A DNA stretch of 64,000 nucleotides from an uncultured Gammaproteobacteria bacterium. GTDB lineage: Bacteria > Patescibacteriota > Microgenomatia > CAYXHB01 > CAZYTL01. The DNA lies in contig CAZYTL010000003.1 in NCBI GenBank assembly GCA_964650355.1, forward strand, positions 1,750-65,749. Direction: 5' to 3'. Both the position numbers and the translations under genes were made by a program. Position 1 is the stretch's first letter; the number at the start of each line of letters is the position of its first letter. Positions 20,902-30,861 of the stretch are shown here, piece by piece. Below the pieces are notes generated by a model. The model was given only the letters and a program-made list of their open reading frames with translations, was not told the origin of the DNA and searched no databases.

Positions 20902-21705
20902 CTACTTAATCGCCACCCCAGCCTTCTCCGTCTCTTCCTTCAACTTCTTCAACAACTCCCTCTTCACCTGCCACTGACTGCCTCCATCGACCTTTAGTCG
21001 CACTTTGAAAGTCATCACTCCTCCTCCTAAATCTTCCGGACCAGTCACCGAAGGTTCCTCTTCAATCATCTCTTTAAACTTTGGTTCCTTGGCTACCGAC
21101 CTCGCTACTTGCTCGAGCAGCTTGGACACCGTCTCCACCTTCTCCTCCACTCCCACTTTCACTACCACCGCCACAAACGCCCAATCTTGAGTAAAATTCG
21201 CTATCCGCCCAATCGTACTATTGGCAATATAATAGGCTACTCCCTCCTCATCTCGTAACATCGTCCTGCGCAAATTAAACCCCTCCACCTTACCTCGCAC
21301 TCCGTTTATCTCTACAATATCTCCCACTCCCAACTGATCTTCCAATAAAATAAACAGCCCGTTAATAATATCTCTCACCAAATTCTGCGATCCAAACCCG
21401 ATCGCAAACCCGATTACCCCCGCTCCAGCTAGTAAAGGTCCGATATTGAACCCCAAAGCCGCTAAACTCACCAACAACAAAGCCGTCGTCAACCCCACCA
21501 TCAAGGTGGCGCTCACCACCCGCACAATTGTCTGCGCCCTTTGCTCCTTTTCCCGTTTGGATCGTTTAGAGCCCTCCTGTGCCTTTCGCAACACCGCCAT
21601 CAACCATCTCTCCGCAATCGGCCGTACCACAAATGAAAATCCTGCCCACGCTCCTAGCAACGCCAACACCTTCTGCCATGAAACCGATCCCGCCAAACCA
21701 TCCAT
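20902..21705 (-). CDS. mscS: Small-conductance mechanosensitive channel (MscS family)
   Basis: Three N-terminal TM segments plus GDIVEINGVRGKVEGFNLRRTMLRDEEGVAYYIANSTI, an MscS signature. Confidence 0.8.
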   Translation of the reverse strand: MDGLAGSVSWQKVLALLGAWAGFSFVVRPIAERWLMAVLRKAQEGSKRSKREKEQRAQTIVRVVSATLMVGLTTALLLVSLAALGFNIGPLLAGAGVIGFAIGFGSQNLVRDIINGLFILLEDQLGVGDIVEINGVRGKVEGFNLRRTMLRDEEGVAYYIANSTIGRIANFTQDWAFVAVVVKVGVEEKVETVSKLLEQVARSVAKEPKFKEMIEEEPSVTGPEDLGGGVMTFKVRLKVDGGSQWQVKRELLKKLKEETEKAGVAIK

Positions 21706-21883
21706 ACCCCTATCTTACCAGAACCTTCCCCGCTCTCAACCCCAAATATCAAGTCAATGAAAGACCCGATACGTAACACGTAACAAGAGACCAGAATAAA
21801 GGGGCAAAAACTAACTACAATTTAATTTCTACTAATTTCTACTCGCTATTTACCGATTACAGTTTACTATTTACTGATTACTC
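21706..21883. repeat. Spacer with tandem repeats (acgtaac x2, aatttctact x2, heptamer ttactgN array) directly after the ligase stop
   Basis: Same heptamer family as 464-764. On the gene strand it reads TAATCAG TAAATAG TAAACTG TAATCGG TAAATAG, giving stops in all frames. Confidence 0.5.
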
Positions 21884-23878
21884 TCACTTCTGCAACTCAA
21901 ACAACCGTACGACCTCCTCCAACGTACTTGCCTGCTCCGCCCCTTTGTCGTCCCGAAACTTCACCAGTCGCGGAAACCGCAACCCGTAATCAGAAGTATG
22001 CACCTTTGACTTCGTAATATTATCCGCCGCAATCTCTACCACCAGTTCTGGTCTCACCCACACATCCGGCTGCAAATTCTTATTCACCTCATATTCTTTG
22101 GGCTGCTTCTCGACTTCCAATTTCTTTAATCTGCCTTGCAGATCGCCAAACTGCTCATCCGTCAATCCCGTCCCGATCTTGGACACAGTTAAATAACCAC
22201 TCTTTAACTTCCCATCCTTTCTTTTAATTGTCCGATCCTCGTTACCGCGTACGCCTACGAGAAACGCTCCCAACCCAAACTTTGCTCTCTGCCCTCTGCC
22301 CCGGTAGTATCCCATGACCACACAATCCAATGTATCCGCCAACCCCGCCTTTGCTTCCTCCACCTCTTTCATCTTCACCCAATTCCACCCTTTCCTACCC
22401 GGAACATACGGACTGCCCCATCGCTTAATAATTACTCCCTCCAGCCCCGTTTTCAAATATTTCTTATGCAAATTACGACATTGATTAGCATCTTTCGTCA
22501 CCAATTGAGGAACTATTTCCAACACTTTACCTTTCTTTATCACCTTCTCTAGCAACTTCCTCCGGTCACTCAAAGGCAGGCCATGTACGTCCCCATCGCG
22601 CCCTTTAGCTTCTTTAACGTACAAAATATCAAAACACATGAACTTCAACGGCACTTTCCCTCTCTGCTCCTCAACTGCGTACTTCCTCTTCCTGGTCATC
22701 GTTACCTGAAAAGGTAGCCACTTGCCTGTTTTCGGGTCCACCCCAATGGCCTCGCAATCAAAAATCGCCTCCTGCATACCTCTATCTAATTGATCAGCAA
22801 TTGTATGCAATTCAGGAAACATATAACTATTCTCCTCCAAATTCCTGGTGAAACTCCTCACCTGCCAACTATCTTCCCGTTTGCCTGCTCTCCGCCTCCA
22901 ATGTATCTGCAGTCTCGTTCCGTCGTATTTCGGTTCCACTGCCACCTCTCCCATCTTTTCCAAGATCTCATCAAAACTCTTCAGCCTCTGGCACAACTCC
23001 GCCACCACCGGTGTACCTAAACGGACCTTTACCTTACCCAAAGCTCGGGTTATCTCACTTGACAGAGCTGATAAACTCTTTAAATCAGCTCTATCATCCT
23101 GAGCAGACCCCAAACCATGTGGGGTTTGAGGCTGTCGAAGGATCTTGGCTACTCTACTCCTTACTTGCTTCGCAATCAGTCCCACATCCGCCGCCACATT
23201 ATAGGCGTCCTCCAACTCCTCGTGCAGCGACTTATCCCCCGTCACCATCCAGCTCAACCCGTCCAAAATCGTCATCTCCCCGAACCCCAGCCGCAGCTTT
23301 CCCACCGGAATCCGAGCTATATACTTAGCACTCACTTTATCTACTGACCTCAACAAATCGGCTAACCCTTTTACCTTCCTTTCCTGACTCCCCCTCCCTT
23401 CATCCAGGGCAATCTCCATCAACCGCCTATAAGCCTCATTAACCGACATCTGTCCCTTCACATTTGACAAGGACGATAAACGATTAAAATCGTCCTTGTC
23501 ATCCTGAGCAGACCTCAAACCATGTGAGGTTTGAGGCTGTCGAAGGATCTCTACCTTTTTTTTCTTATTTTCAGCCAAGCTACCCGCTACTAACCCCAAG
23601 TCACCTTCCTTCTTATAGGCTCTCTTCACCTCATCCACTTCCACCTCATAAGCCTGTGCCAAAACTCTCACCATCATTTTTTCCGCCACATTAAACTCCG
23701 TCATTGAGTGTTTTGGCCCCAACTGCCCCAAACTCAAATACACTACTTTATCTATCTCGTTCTGCTTTGCAGAAACAAACAACTCAGCCAATAATCTCGT
23801 CATCTTCAACCGCCCGGACACCTTCTCTAACTTTTCCCAAAACTCAGCCAATTTTCTAAACTCCATCTTCCCTATCAT
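21884..23878 (-). CDS. lig: ATP-dependent DNA ligase
   Basis: KxDG adenylation motif EPKYDGTRLQ plus an OB domain. Carries two in-frame ~87-nt palindromic element insertions. Confidence 0.85.
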   Translation of the reverse strand: MIGKMEFRKLAEFWEKLEKVSGRLKMTRLLAELFVSAKQNEIDKVVYLSLGQLGPKHSMTEFNVAEKMMVRVLAQAYEVEVDEVKRAYKKEGDLGLVAGSLAENKKKKVEILRQPQTSHGLRSAQDDKDDFNRLSSLSNVKGQMSVNEAYRRLMEIALDEGRGSQERKVKGLADLLRSVDKVSAKYIARIPVGKLRLGFGEMTILDGLSWMVTGDKSLHEELEDAYNVAADVGLIAKQVRSRVAKILRQPQTPHGLGSAQDDRADLKSLSALSSEITRALGKVKVRLGTPVVAELCQRLKSFDEILEKMGEVAVEPKYDGTRLQIHWRRRAGKREDSWQVRSFTRNLEENSYMFPELHTIADQLDRGMQEAIFDCEAIGVDPKTGKWLPFQVTMTRKRKYAVEEQRGKVPLKFMCFDILYVKEAKGRDGDVHGLPLSDRRKLLEKVIKKGKVLEIVPQLVTKDANQCRNLHKKYLKTGLEGVIIKRWGSPYVPGRKGWNWVKMKEVEEAKAGLADTLDCVVMGYYRGRGQRAKFGLGAFLVGVRGNEDRTIKRKDGKLKSGYLTVSKIGTGLTDEQFGDLQGRLKKLEVEKQPKEYEVNKNLQPDVWVRPELVVEIAADNITKSKVHTSDYGLRFPRLVKFRDDKGAEQASTLEEVVRLFELQK
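23059..23145. repeat. Double-hairpin palindromic element copy A (in-frame in ligase, translated as ILRQPQTPHGLGSAQDDRADLKSLSALSS)
   Basis: Hairpin 1 gacagagctgat/atcagctctatc, hairpin 2 caaacc-atgtgg-ggtttg, conserved tcatcctgagc and gtcgaaggatct. Confidence 0.75.
23464..23550. repeat. Double-hairpin palindromic element copy B (in-frame in ligase, translated as ILRQPQTSHGLRSAQDDKDDFNRLSSLSN)
   Basis: Hairpin 1 gacaaggacgat/atcgtccttgtc, hairpin 2 cctcaaacc-atgtga-ggtttgagg. Confidence 0.8.
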
Positions 23879-23887
23879 AACACTACT

Positions 23888-24907
23888 CTACCCGCTCTTT
23901 CCTCCCCACCTATATCCTCTTCCCCTGCAACTCTCAATCAGTTCATCCGCAAAACCCTGACTCTGCAACTTCCTTCTCAATCTTTGTACCAACTTTCTCA
24001 TAGCCCACAAAGAAAATTTCTCTGGCTCATCAGGCCACAAATTATCCCCCATCGTCTCCCAAGCCACTACCCTTCCCCTATTCTCTACCAAGCATTTCAA
24101 CAACCAATACTCGCTTTTAGTCAAACCTTTGATCATTCGCTCATTCACCCAAATATCATCCTCCTTAATCTCTGCTTTCAACCCAGCTAATATCCCCAAC
24201 TTGCACATATAATCGTTTGCCTTATCAATCCACTGTTGGTCCACCGCTGTCTTTAGTCCTCTCGTCGTCCCCACAAAGCCAGGAAACAACTTCGACAATC
24301 CACCATATCTAAAAAGTAAATCTACAAATACCTCACTCTCTTCCCAGGAATAACCTTCCACTCTCACCGAATTCATCACCAACGCCGACAACACCCCATG
24401 CGCCAACCTATCTACGCTTATATCTTGTCTCCACCAAACTGCCAAATTCAAAACTCTCTCATTCATATCGCCCATAGAATAACTTACGCCTGATCCATAC
24501 TCGGTTGGCTTAATCAATAACTTTACCTCTTTATCAACCATCTCAGGAAATACGCTTCCCACATTCTTCCAAAAATCATCCTCAACCGTCTCCCATTTTT
24601 CCCTCAAAGTTTCTACATCCATCTGCCTTTCCTTCACCAAACCATTAATCCTTTTCGCAAGCTCATCTTCTCTCCAAATTAGCGACCCGTAATCTGTCTT
24701 TGCCACCTGACCCCAAAACCCTTTCTCTACTTCATCATAGTTCCAGTCAGGCAAATAAACCGCCTTCCAAACGTTCCCCACTACCTCTGGTAACACCAAA
24801 AACCCGTGCTTAAAATAAAACAAATTCGCCGTCTTTGCCGCAGTGTTCACGACCCGACAAGCCTCAGTTTCCCGAGAATATTCCCAATTAGTAGTTACTT
24901 TCATCAC
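23888..24907 (-). CDS. Protein with C-terminal OmpR/PhoB-type winged-helix DNA-binding domain (Trans_reg_C-like), N-terminal domain unknown
   Basis: C-terminal WAMRKLVQRLRRKL...CRGRGYRW matches the wHTH recognition-helix and wing pattern. Confidence 0.6.
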   Translation of the reverse strand: MMKVTTNWEYSRETEACRVVNTAAKTANLFYFKHGFLVLPEVVGNVWKAVYLPDWNYDEVEKGFWGQVAKTDYGSLIWREDELAKRINGLVKERQMDVETLREKWETVEDDFWKNVGSVFPEMVDKEVKLLIKPTEYGSGVSYSMGDMNERVLNLAVWWRQDISVDRLAHGVLSALVMNSVRVEGYSWEESEVFVDLLFRYGGLSKLFPGFVGTTRGLKTAVDQQWIDKANDYMCKLGILAGLKAEIKEDDIWVNERMIKGLTKSEYWLLKCLVENRGRVVAWETMGDNLWPDEPEKFSLWAMRKLVQRLRRKLQSQGFADELIESCRGRGYRWGGKSG

Positions 24908-24987
24908 TCATATTCTACCGCAACTTCGCAAATGTCCCCCAAAAGTCACGCACAGTTAGTTCTTCAAAAACTATAATCTATTAAACG

Positions 24988-25392
24988 ATGCCTATAAACC
25001 TAAAACAGCCAACCCCAGAAACAATTATGCCCCTTTCAGTAGCTAAAAGCATCGCCAGAAGAGCTGCGCAATATAGAATTCCACCCATTTCCCAGACTTT
25101 TATTGATCAAGACAACTGGGCATCTAGTGGAGGAATCTTTATTACCGGGGCAGAAATCCTTAACCGTCATGATCCCACTTGGCACGCGAGAAACGATATT
25201 CATCCATCCAAACTATACGAATACACTGAGTACCTCCACCCAGATGGTCCCTGGTTCCAAGCTTGGTGTACAAAAACCGTAAGAGCACCCCTGAAAAGTA
25301 CCATGGAAAGAGTGACAAGAGCATACCTTACAATAAAAACGCGGAGTGAAACCCTACCTCCGGAAATTATCTCTAGTCTTTTTCCAATGTAA
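24988..25392 (+). CDS. Hypothetical protein
   Basis: 134-aa ORF. No motif. Confidence 0.4.
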   Translation: MPINLKQPTPETIMPLSVAKSIARRAAQYRIPPISQTFIDQDNWASSGGIFITGAEILNRHDPTWHARNDIHPSKLYEYTEYLHPDGPWFQAWCTKTVRAPLKSTMERVTRAYLTIKTRSETLPPEIISSLFPM

Positions 25393-25428
25393 CATCTTCT
25401 TCACCCTCCAATCAGATATTCGATTCAT

Positions 25429-26994
25429 CTACCTGCACGTCCAATGATCCGGCACGTAAGCACACCACCAATATTTCAGTGTGGGTGTCGGAGTCGGCTC
25501 TGTCCCTGGCGTTGGCGTCGCTGTTGGAGAAACAGGTGTAGGAGTTAACGTCGGAGTCTGAGTCGGTGTTGGAGGAATCGGTATCGGCGTATCCGTAGGC
25601 GATACCGGGGTAGGCGTACTTGTTGGCTCTATCGGTGTCGGTGTCTGAGTCGGTGTACTCGTCGGTGGCACCGGAGTTAACGTTGGAGTCATTGTGACTG
25701 TCGGAGTTGCCGTCGGCGTCATCGTCGGTAAACCTCCACCACCTACGGCACCACAATCTACTGCCGCACATGCGTCAATCCTCCCAAAACTCCAATAACT
25801 TCCAGTTCCGGGGATCTTTTCCGCAGTTGATTCAATCTGCTGCCTTACCTGTTGATTACTCCACGCCAGATGCTCCCCCTTTACCAACCCTGCTAAGCCC
25901 GCCACCCAGGGACTAGCCATCGACGTCCCTGACAGACTTATATATCCTCCGTTATTATAAGTAGATAAAATCGCCACTCCCGGCGCCGCCACGTCTACCC
26001 AACTTCCGTAAGTCGACCAACTCGGCCTAGTATCATTTTCGTCTATCGCCCCCACCGCGATCACGTCAGAATAGTAAGCAGGATATACCGGATAACTTCT
26101 TCCATTATTCCCTGCCGCAGCCACCACCACTACTCCCCTGTTCCATGCATCCTCAATCGCTCTTTGCAACGTCCTTGACGGATAAGATCCGCCCAAACTC
26201 AAATTAATCACCTCTGCCCCGTTATCCACTGCCCAGGTGACTCCGTCCGCCACCCAAGAATAATATCCGCTTCCGTCATCATCCAACACCTTCACCGAAA
26301 ACAATCTCCCTTCATAGGCCATCCCCGCCACCCCCTTGCCATTATTAGTCATTGCTCCTGCAATTCCTGCCACATGCGTCCCGTGCCCGTTACCGTCATC
26401 GTCACCGTCGGTAGTAAAATTCGCCCTTTTAACCACCTTACTAGCCAAATCCTCATGACCCCTGTCAATTCCTGTATCCACAATCGCGATGTCTACCTGG
26501 CTTGAACCATGAGTCGCACTCCAGGCTCCGAAGGCCTTCACCTTATCTAATCCCCATTGACTACCAACTAAAGAATCATTAGGCACCTCTAACGCTTCTG
26601 CCACGTAATCCGGCTCCGCATACTCCACCCATAAACTCCTTCCCAATTCATCAGCCATCATTCTCGCCTCCGTACTTCCACTCCCCTTAATTTTCCCTCG
26701 AATCACCAAAGTATCCGCCATTTCCATCTTCTGCTCCTTCACCACCTCGATATTCCTTAACACCACCTTCTTGACCCATTCCGGCGTCCATCTTCTCCAC
26801 TTCACAATCACCCGTTCACTCTCACTCCCGGCTACCGCAACCCCCTGCCCTCCCACTTCAGCCTTCACTCCCCCATACCACCAGCCACTCATTGCCACTA
26901 ATAAACCGACTATCACTACTACCGCGAATCTGATCCTCGCCTTTCCCATATATCGATTATCCCTCACCATACTACCTTTTCCTTCCTCAGTCAA
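25429..26994 (-). CDS. Subtilisin-like serine protease (S8) with C-terminal Pro/Thr-rich linker and Cys-containing tail
   Basis: Catalytic triad contexts VDTGIDRGHEDL, HGTHVAGIAG and GTSMASPWVAGLAG. N-terminal signal/anchor. C-terminal (TPTx)n then KYWWCAYVPDHWTCR. Confidence 0.85.
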   Translation of the reverse strand: MTEEGKGSMVRDNRYMGKARIRFAVVVIVGLLVAMSGWWYGGVKAEVGGQGVAVAGSESERVIVKWRRWTPEWVKKVVLRNIEVVKEQKMEMADTLVIRGKIKGSGSTEARMMADELGRSLWVEYAEPDYVAEALEVPNDSLVGSQWGLDKVKAFGAWSATHGSSQVDIAIVDTGIDRGHEDLASKVVKRANFTTDGDDDGNGHGTHVAGIAGAMTNNGKGVAGMAYEGRLFSVKVLDDDGSGYYSWVADGVTWAVDNGAEVINLSLGGSYPSRTLQRAIEDAWNRGVVVVAAAGNNGRSYPVYPAYYSDVIAVGAIDENDTRPSWSTYGSWVDVAAPGVAILSTYNNGGYISLSGTSMASPWVAGLAGLVKGEHLAWSNQQVRQQIESTAEKIPGTGSYWSFGRIDACAAVDCGAVGGGGLPTMTPTATPTVTMTPTLTPVPPTSTPTQTPTPIEPTSTPTPVSPTDTPIPIPPTPTQTPTLTPTPVSPTATPTPGTEPTPTPTLKYWWCAYVPDHWTCR

Positions 26995-27030
26995 TTCATA
27001 GAATCAACAAATCACCATCCCAATTCTCCT

Positions 27031-27465
27031 TCACCCATACGGCAAGGGCAAATTAATCTTCATAATACTGATCCCGAAAAAATTCTCTATCACCCTGATC
27101 ACGGCATAAGACACCGCCACAATCGCTAACCCCGTGAATGCCGACATAATCCTTCCCCTGGCTGCCTCCACTTTTGACTTCTCCCCTCCTGAGATAATCC
27201 ACTGAAACCCGCCCATCACCACTGACCCAAAAAACAAAATTCCTGACACATAAAGCCCCAAACTCAACAACGCCCCCGCAAACTCCCCGATACTGGTAAT
27301 CGAAAACTGCTCCACCGTCTGCCTGGGGATCTCAATCGCCCCACTCGGATTATACTGGGCCATCACTACCCCACTAGCCGCCATTCGATTTAGCTTCTTC
27401 CAGCTTTTCCAAACGAATTTCAGCTTCTTCATATACAGTTCTCCCAGTAACTTTAACCGTTTCAT
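27031..27465 (-). CDS. Small two-TM membrane protein, candidate secretion-system (VirB2/TrbC-like) pilin
   Basis: Basic N-terminus, signal-like AASGVVMAQ, then two hydrophobic helices. Shares the EIP..TVEQFSITSIGEFAGAL module with the C-terminus of the 1235-aa protein. Confidence 0.45.
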   Translation of the reverse strand: MKRLKLLGELYMKKLKFVWKSWKKLNRMAASGVVMAQYNPSGAIEIPRQTVEQFSITSIGEFAGALLSLGLYVSGILFFGSVVMGGFQWIISGGEKSKVEAARGRIMSAFTGLAIVAVSYAVIRVIENFFGISIMKINLPLPYG

Positions 27466-27502
27466 ATACTACTATATAATTTAATCCACAAAGAACAGTA
27501 CA

Positions 27503-27590
27503 TACCGATGGCCCCGATGACTATCGGTATATCCCCCTCCTTATCACTTATCGTATCGATTCTAAAAATTTCATTCGGATCATTCGGATG
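27503..27590. promoter_or_regulatory. Upstream region of the pilin-like gene: palindrome ataccgat...atcggtat (27503-27530) and tttcattcggatcattcggat motif (27569-27589) shared with the upstream region of the 1235-aa gene
   Basis: Read directly. The reverse complement contains catcggggccatcggtat, similar to catcggggcatcggtat upstream of pilB. Confidence 0.4.
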
Positions 27591-27805
27591 AATTAGTATA
27601 TTAGGATCGCCCCCAAGCCGACTTAGGGTCTATACAAACAACTCGAATTAACACCCCATGCTACCAATATAAAATGTTTAATTAACCTATCTCATTACAC
27701 CAGTCTCGACTGAGAACTCCATGAGTCGCGACTGAAACTTTCTTCAAATTAACCATCAAAAAAGGTAAAATATTCCTATCCTCAATCTCCTCATCAACCT
27801 AGCCT

Positions 27806-28051
27806 ATGACCCCAGCCCCCACTCTGCTCCACCGTCGCCAACAAATCCTCGCTAAAATTAATCGACTAAAAAAACAAATCGCCGAAGAAAGAGAAAATGA
27901 GGAAGTCTACCCCGGCCACGAAAGCACTTGGCGAGTTGATACTGAAAACCAACTCCAGGTGCTCACCACCCACCTCAACCAAATCAATCAGGTTCTCCAG
28001 CGCTCGAAACCTCAAGCATCCCAACGCACATCCCAACACAAAAACAAATAA
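27806..28051 (+). CDS. Small hypothetical protein
   Basis: 81-aa ORF in an otherwise gene-free gap. Coiled-coil-like. Confidence 0.3.
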   Translation: MTPAPTLLHRRQQILAKINRLKKQIAEERENEEVYPGHESTWRVDTENQLQVLTTHLNQINQVLQRSKPQASQRTSQHKNK

Positions 28052-28136
28052 TCACTTCAGTTAGTCCACTTCCAAGCCAGCCCCCTCATAAACTCAATCT
28101 TGTCTCTCCATCCCTCCTTATGCCATAATCTAATCA

Positions 28137-28880
28137 ATGCCCCTACTCGTCTTTCTCTTAATCATTATCTTCCTCCTCCTCACCGGTGTGCGCATCGTTG
28201 ATCAATACGAACGCGGCGTCATCCTCACCTTGGGTAAATACTCCGAAACCAAACAACCCGGCCTCAACTGGATCATCCCCATCGTCCAGCGCATGATCAA
28301 AGTCGACCTCCGCATCACTACCGTTGACATTCCCCAACAGGAAGTCATCACCAAAGATAATGTCCCCGTGGGCATCAACGCCGTCGTCTATTTCCAGGTA
28401 GAAAAAGCCGAGGACGCCATCCTTAAAATTCAAAACTATTCCTACGCCGTTTCCCAATACGCCCAGGCCGCCCTCCGCGACGTCATCGGCGGCGTAGAAC
28501 TCGACACCCTACTCACCGAACGTCACGAACTCGCCACCCAAATTAAAAACCTCGTTGATGAAGAAACCAACGCCTGGGGTATTAACGTTACCGCCATCAA
28601 AATCCAGGACATCGAACTTCCGGCCGACATGAAGCGTGCTATGGCCAAACAGGCTGAAGCCGAGCGCGGTCGTCGCGCCGTCATCATCACCGCCGAAGGC
28701 GAATTCACCGCTTCTGAAAAACTCAAACTCGCCGCCCAAAACCTGGCCGACGGCGGTATCTCCATCCGCACCCTCCAAACCATCGAATCCACTACCGCCA
28801 ACCCCGCCAACACCGTCGTCTTCGCCCTGCCTACCGAAATCCTCAAAGGCTTCAAAAACCTCATCAAAGGCCAACAGTAA
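28137..28880 (+). CDS. SPFH/band-7 (stomatin/prohibitin-like) protein
   Basis: N-terminal TM, then VRIVDQYERGVILTLGKY...KDNVPVGINAVVYFQV...AEAERGRRAVIITAEGE, typical SPFH. Confidence 0.85.
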   Translation: MPLLVFLLIIIFLLLTGVRIVDQYERGVILTLGKYSETKQPGLNWIIPIVQRMIKVDLRITTVDIPQQEVITKDNVPVGINAVVYFQVEKAEDAILKIQNYSYAVSQYAQAALRDVIGGVELDTLLTERHELATQIKNLVDEETNAWGINVTAIKIQDIELPADMKRAMAKQAEAERGRRAVIITAEGEFTASEKLKLAAQNLADGGISIRTLQTIESTTANPANTVVFALPTEILKGFKNLIKGQQ

Positions 28881-28894
28881 TAAAAACCAATTAC

Positions 28895-29410
28895 ATGACC
28901 CCCCTTAGCCCCGTCTTAATTCTTATCGGGCTACTCTCCTTAATTTCACCTCCCCTTGTATACGCCAACATGGTTGGTCTTGCCCCTCCCCATCAATTAC
29001 TTGGCTTTCTTCTGGAATTTACCTTTATTACCGGTCCACTTAATGGACTTATCGAATTTACTGTTTTGTGGCTACTTCTAAGAAAAAACCTTACCGGACA
29101 GTGGCTATTCAAAAACGCCATCATCATCAATCTCCTCACTTTCCTTCCCACTCAAAAACTTTTCACTTTCACCAGATACTCCTTATTTAATTTTGTAACT
29201 TACCGACCTTACGACTCCCTTGTTACCATCTCAATTCTATTTTTCGTTGAAATCTTCCCCGTCACCATGGAATATCTTTTCTACAAATGGCGTCTCTCCA
29301 AACCATCTAACAACAAATCTCTAGCCCATACCTCAAATAAAAAATTACTCTTATCCGTTATCTGTGCTAATCTTGTTACTACCTCCTTGGGAGTTCTGCT
29401 TTTCATCTAA
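28895..29410 (+). CDS. Hypothetical membrane protein
   Basis: 171 aa, multi-TM, downstream of the SPFH gene. Confidence 0.45.
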   Translation: MTPLSPVLILIGLLSLISPPLVYANMVGLAPPHQLLGFLLEFTFITGPLNGLIEFTVLWLLLRKNLTGQWLFKNAIIINLLTFLPTQKLFTFTRYSLFNFVTYRPYDSLVTISILFFVEIFPVTMEYLFYKWRLSKPSNNKSLAHTSNKKLLLSVICANLVTTSLGVLLFI

Positions 29411-29449
29411 CCCAATACTACATCAATTTAAGCGTTTCACCATTCAATC

Positions 29450-29872
29450 ATGCCGCCATCTAAACACTCTTTCCTTGTCCCTCAGCACACCTCACCCGAA
29501 GAAATCACGCGCCAGGTAAAACAACAAGCTAGAATTTCTTACCTCATCTTCATCTTGCTCTTCTTCTTTATCACTTTGATTGTAGAATTTTTTGTTAAAC
29601 CTCAATTCACGACGCTTTTATCAGACGATCAACAAGCCTTTATCCTTAAATACAGTTTATATCCTCCAATAATTATACTTCTTTTCTGCTCAGTTATCAG
29701 CTATTACTATACCCGAAACCCCAAATACACCAGCCAGCCAGTCAAAGATAACCTTATAAGAGTCAGTTCACAAAAAACCAAATTACTTCTACCAATTATT
29801 ATCTTAATTCTATTACTTTCAACTGCATATCAACTTTTCACCATCATCACATCCGCCTACATTATTAACTAA
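29450..29872 (+). CDS. Hypothetical membrane protein
   Basis: 140 aa, three to four TM segments. Confidence 0.45.
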   Translation: MPPSKHSFLVPQHTSPEEITRQVKQQARISYLIFILLFFFITLIVEFFVKPQFTTLLSDDQQAFILKYSLYPPIIILLFCSVISYYYTRNPKYTSQPVKDNLIRVSSQKTKLLLPIIILILLLSTAYQLFTIITSAYIIN

Positions 29873-29900
29873 ATCTCACCTCCATGCATAATTCACCTTC

Positions 29901-30419
29901 TTAATTTGTCCCGCTCAATCGTGGCATTTTCTTAAACACCTTCGGGCTAAACCCCAAAGCTTTAGCTGCCTCCTCTGCTGCCTGCAAATTTGCCGCCCCA
30001 TCCTCCACTATTACATCTATCCGTGCCAACTGTTTAAAAATCTGCGTCCAAACCGCCCTCTCCTTTTTGCTCCCATAATCAGACATATCAAATATTTTCT
30101 TTGCTACATTTCCTAAACCTAACCTTTCTAATATCAACCTTGAAGTCGCCACCAAAGCTGTTGAAACCACCACCAGCTCATAATCTTCCAAACTAGCCCT
30201 CAAATTCTCCACAGCAAACTTATTTGAATAAATCTTTAACCTCCCAGACCGGACCGCCTCCAGTTCACCTTCTAACTGCGACTTTATATCTGCATCTGCC
30301 TTTCCCAACTTAAACATTGCCTTCTCAAACACCTTCTCGTGCTTATTAGGATCAAATCCAGGATCATAACTATACAACACCCCGCCCATATCCGACACCA
30401 ACACCTTCATCAAGCCCAT
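29901..30419 (-). CDS. HAD-like fold hydrolase (motif I degenerate)
   Basis: LVSDMGGVL (DxG instead of DxD), VVVST, SKKE and EDGAANL resemble HAD motifs II-IV. Confidence 0.45.
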   Translation of the reverse strand: MGLMKVLVSDMGGVLYSYDPGFDPNKHEKVFEKAMFKLGKADADIKSQLEGELEAVRSGRLKIYSNKFAVENLRASLEDYELVVVSTALVATSRLILERLGLGNVAKKIFDMSDYGSKKERAVWTQIFKQLARIDVIVEDGAANLQAAEEAAKALGFSPKVFKKMPRLSGTN

Positions 30420-30426
30420 TATACAC

Positions 30427-30753
30427 TCAAAAACTGTGTCCTAATTCACTTAATTTCAGCCACACTCGCACGTCTCCCAACTCAGGAAACTCCTTCATCA
30501 AAAAATCCCGTAACTCATTAGCGATTTCATCCTCTCTTTCAACTCGCTCCTTAAATGCATGCACAGACACCTCCAACTCTACCTCGCCAATCATTTGTCC
30601 ACTTACTTTAATAAACCTGATACTAATTTCCTTTTCCGTCAATCTAATCTCTCCGCAACTCAGACGTTCTGCTGCAAAAGGGCGTAACTTAAGAACAATC
30701 TCCTTTTCCTTTAATCGGTCTTTCGCATACACATTAATCGTCGGCATATCCAA
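30427..30753 (-). CDS. Hypothetical protein, possibly tautomerase-superfamily-like (Pro1 if translation starts at the second Met)
   Basis: MDMPTINVY...; weak. Confidence 0.3.
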   Translation of the reverse strand: MDMPTINVYAKDRLKEKEIVLKLRPFAAERLSCGEIRLTEKEISIRFIKVSGQMIGEVELEVSVHAFKERVEREDEIANELRDFLMKEFPELGDVRVWLKLSELGHSF

Positions 30754-30861
30754 ATCTTACCACAAACCGATCACCATCCTGCTCAGCAAAATCAACAGAA
30801 CATGACCCTTATTATCAGTTTACATCTGTCCTTTTATCTGATTTTATCCGTCGAGTCTACT

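Noticed and set aside
25412-25771. Alternative-frame 119-aa ORF at the subtilisin 3' end
   Set aside because: Out-of-frame reading of the Pro/Thr-rich linker region of the subtilisin gene.
28158-28874. Minus-strand ORFs (99, 121 and 114 aa) inside the SPFH gene
   Set aside because: They overlap a well-supported + strand gene and have Gly/Asp/Val-rich antisense composition.
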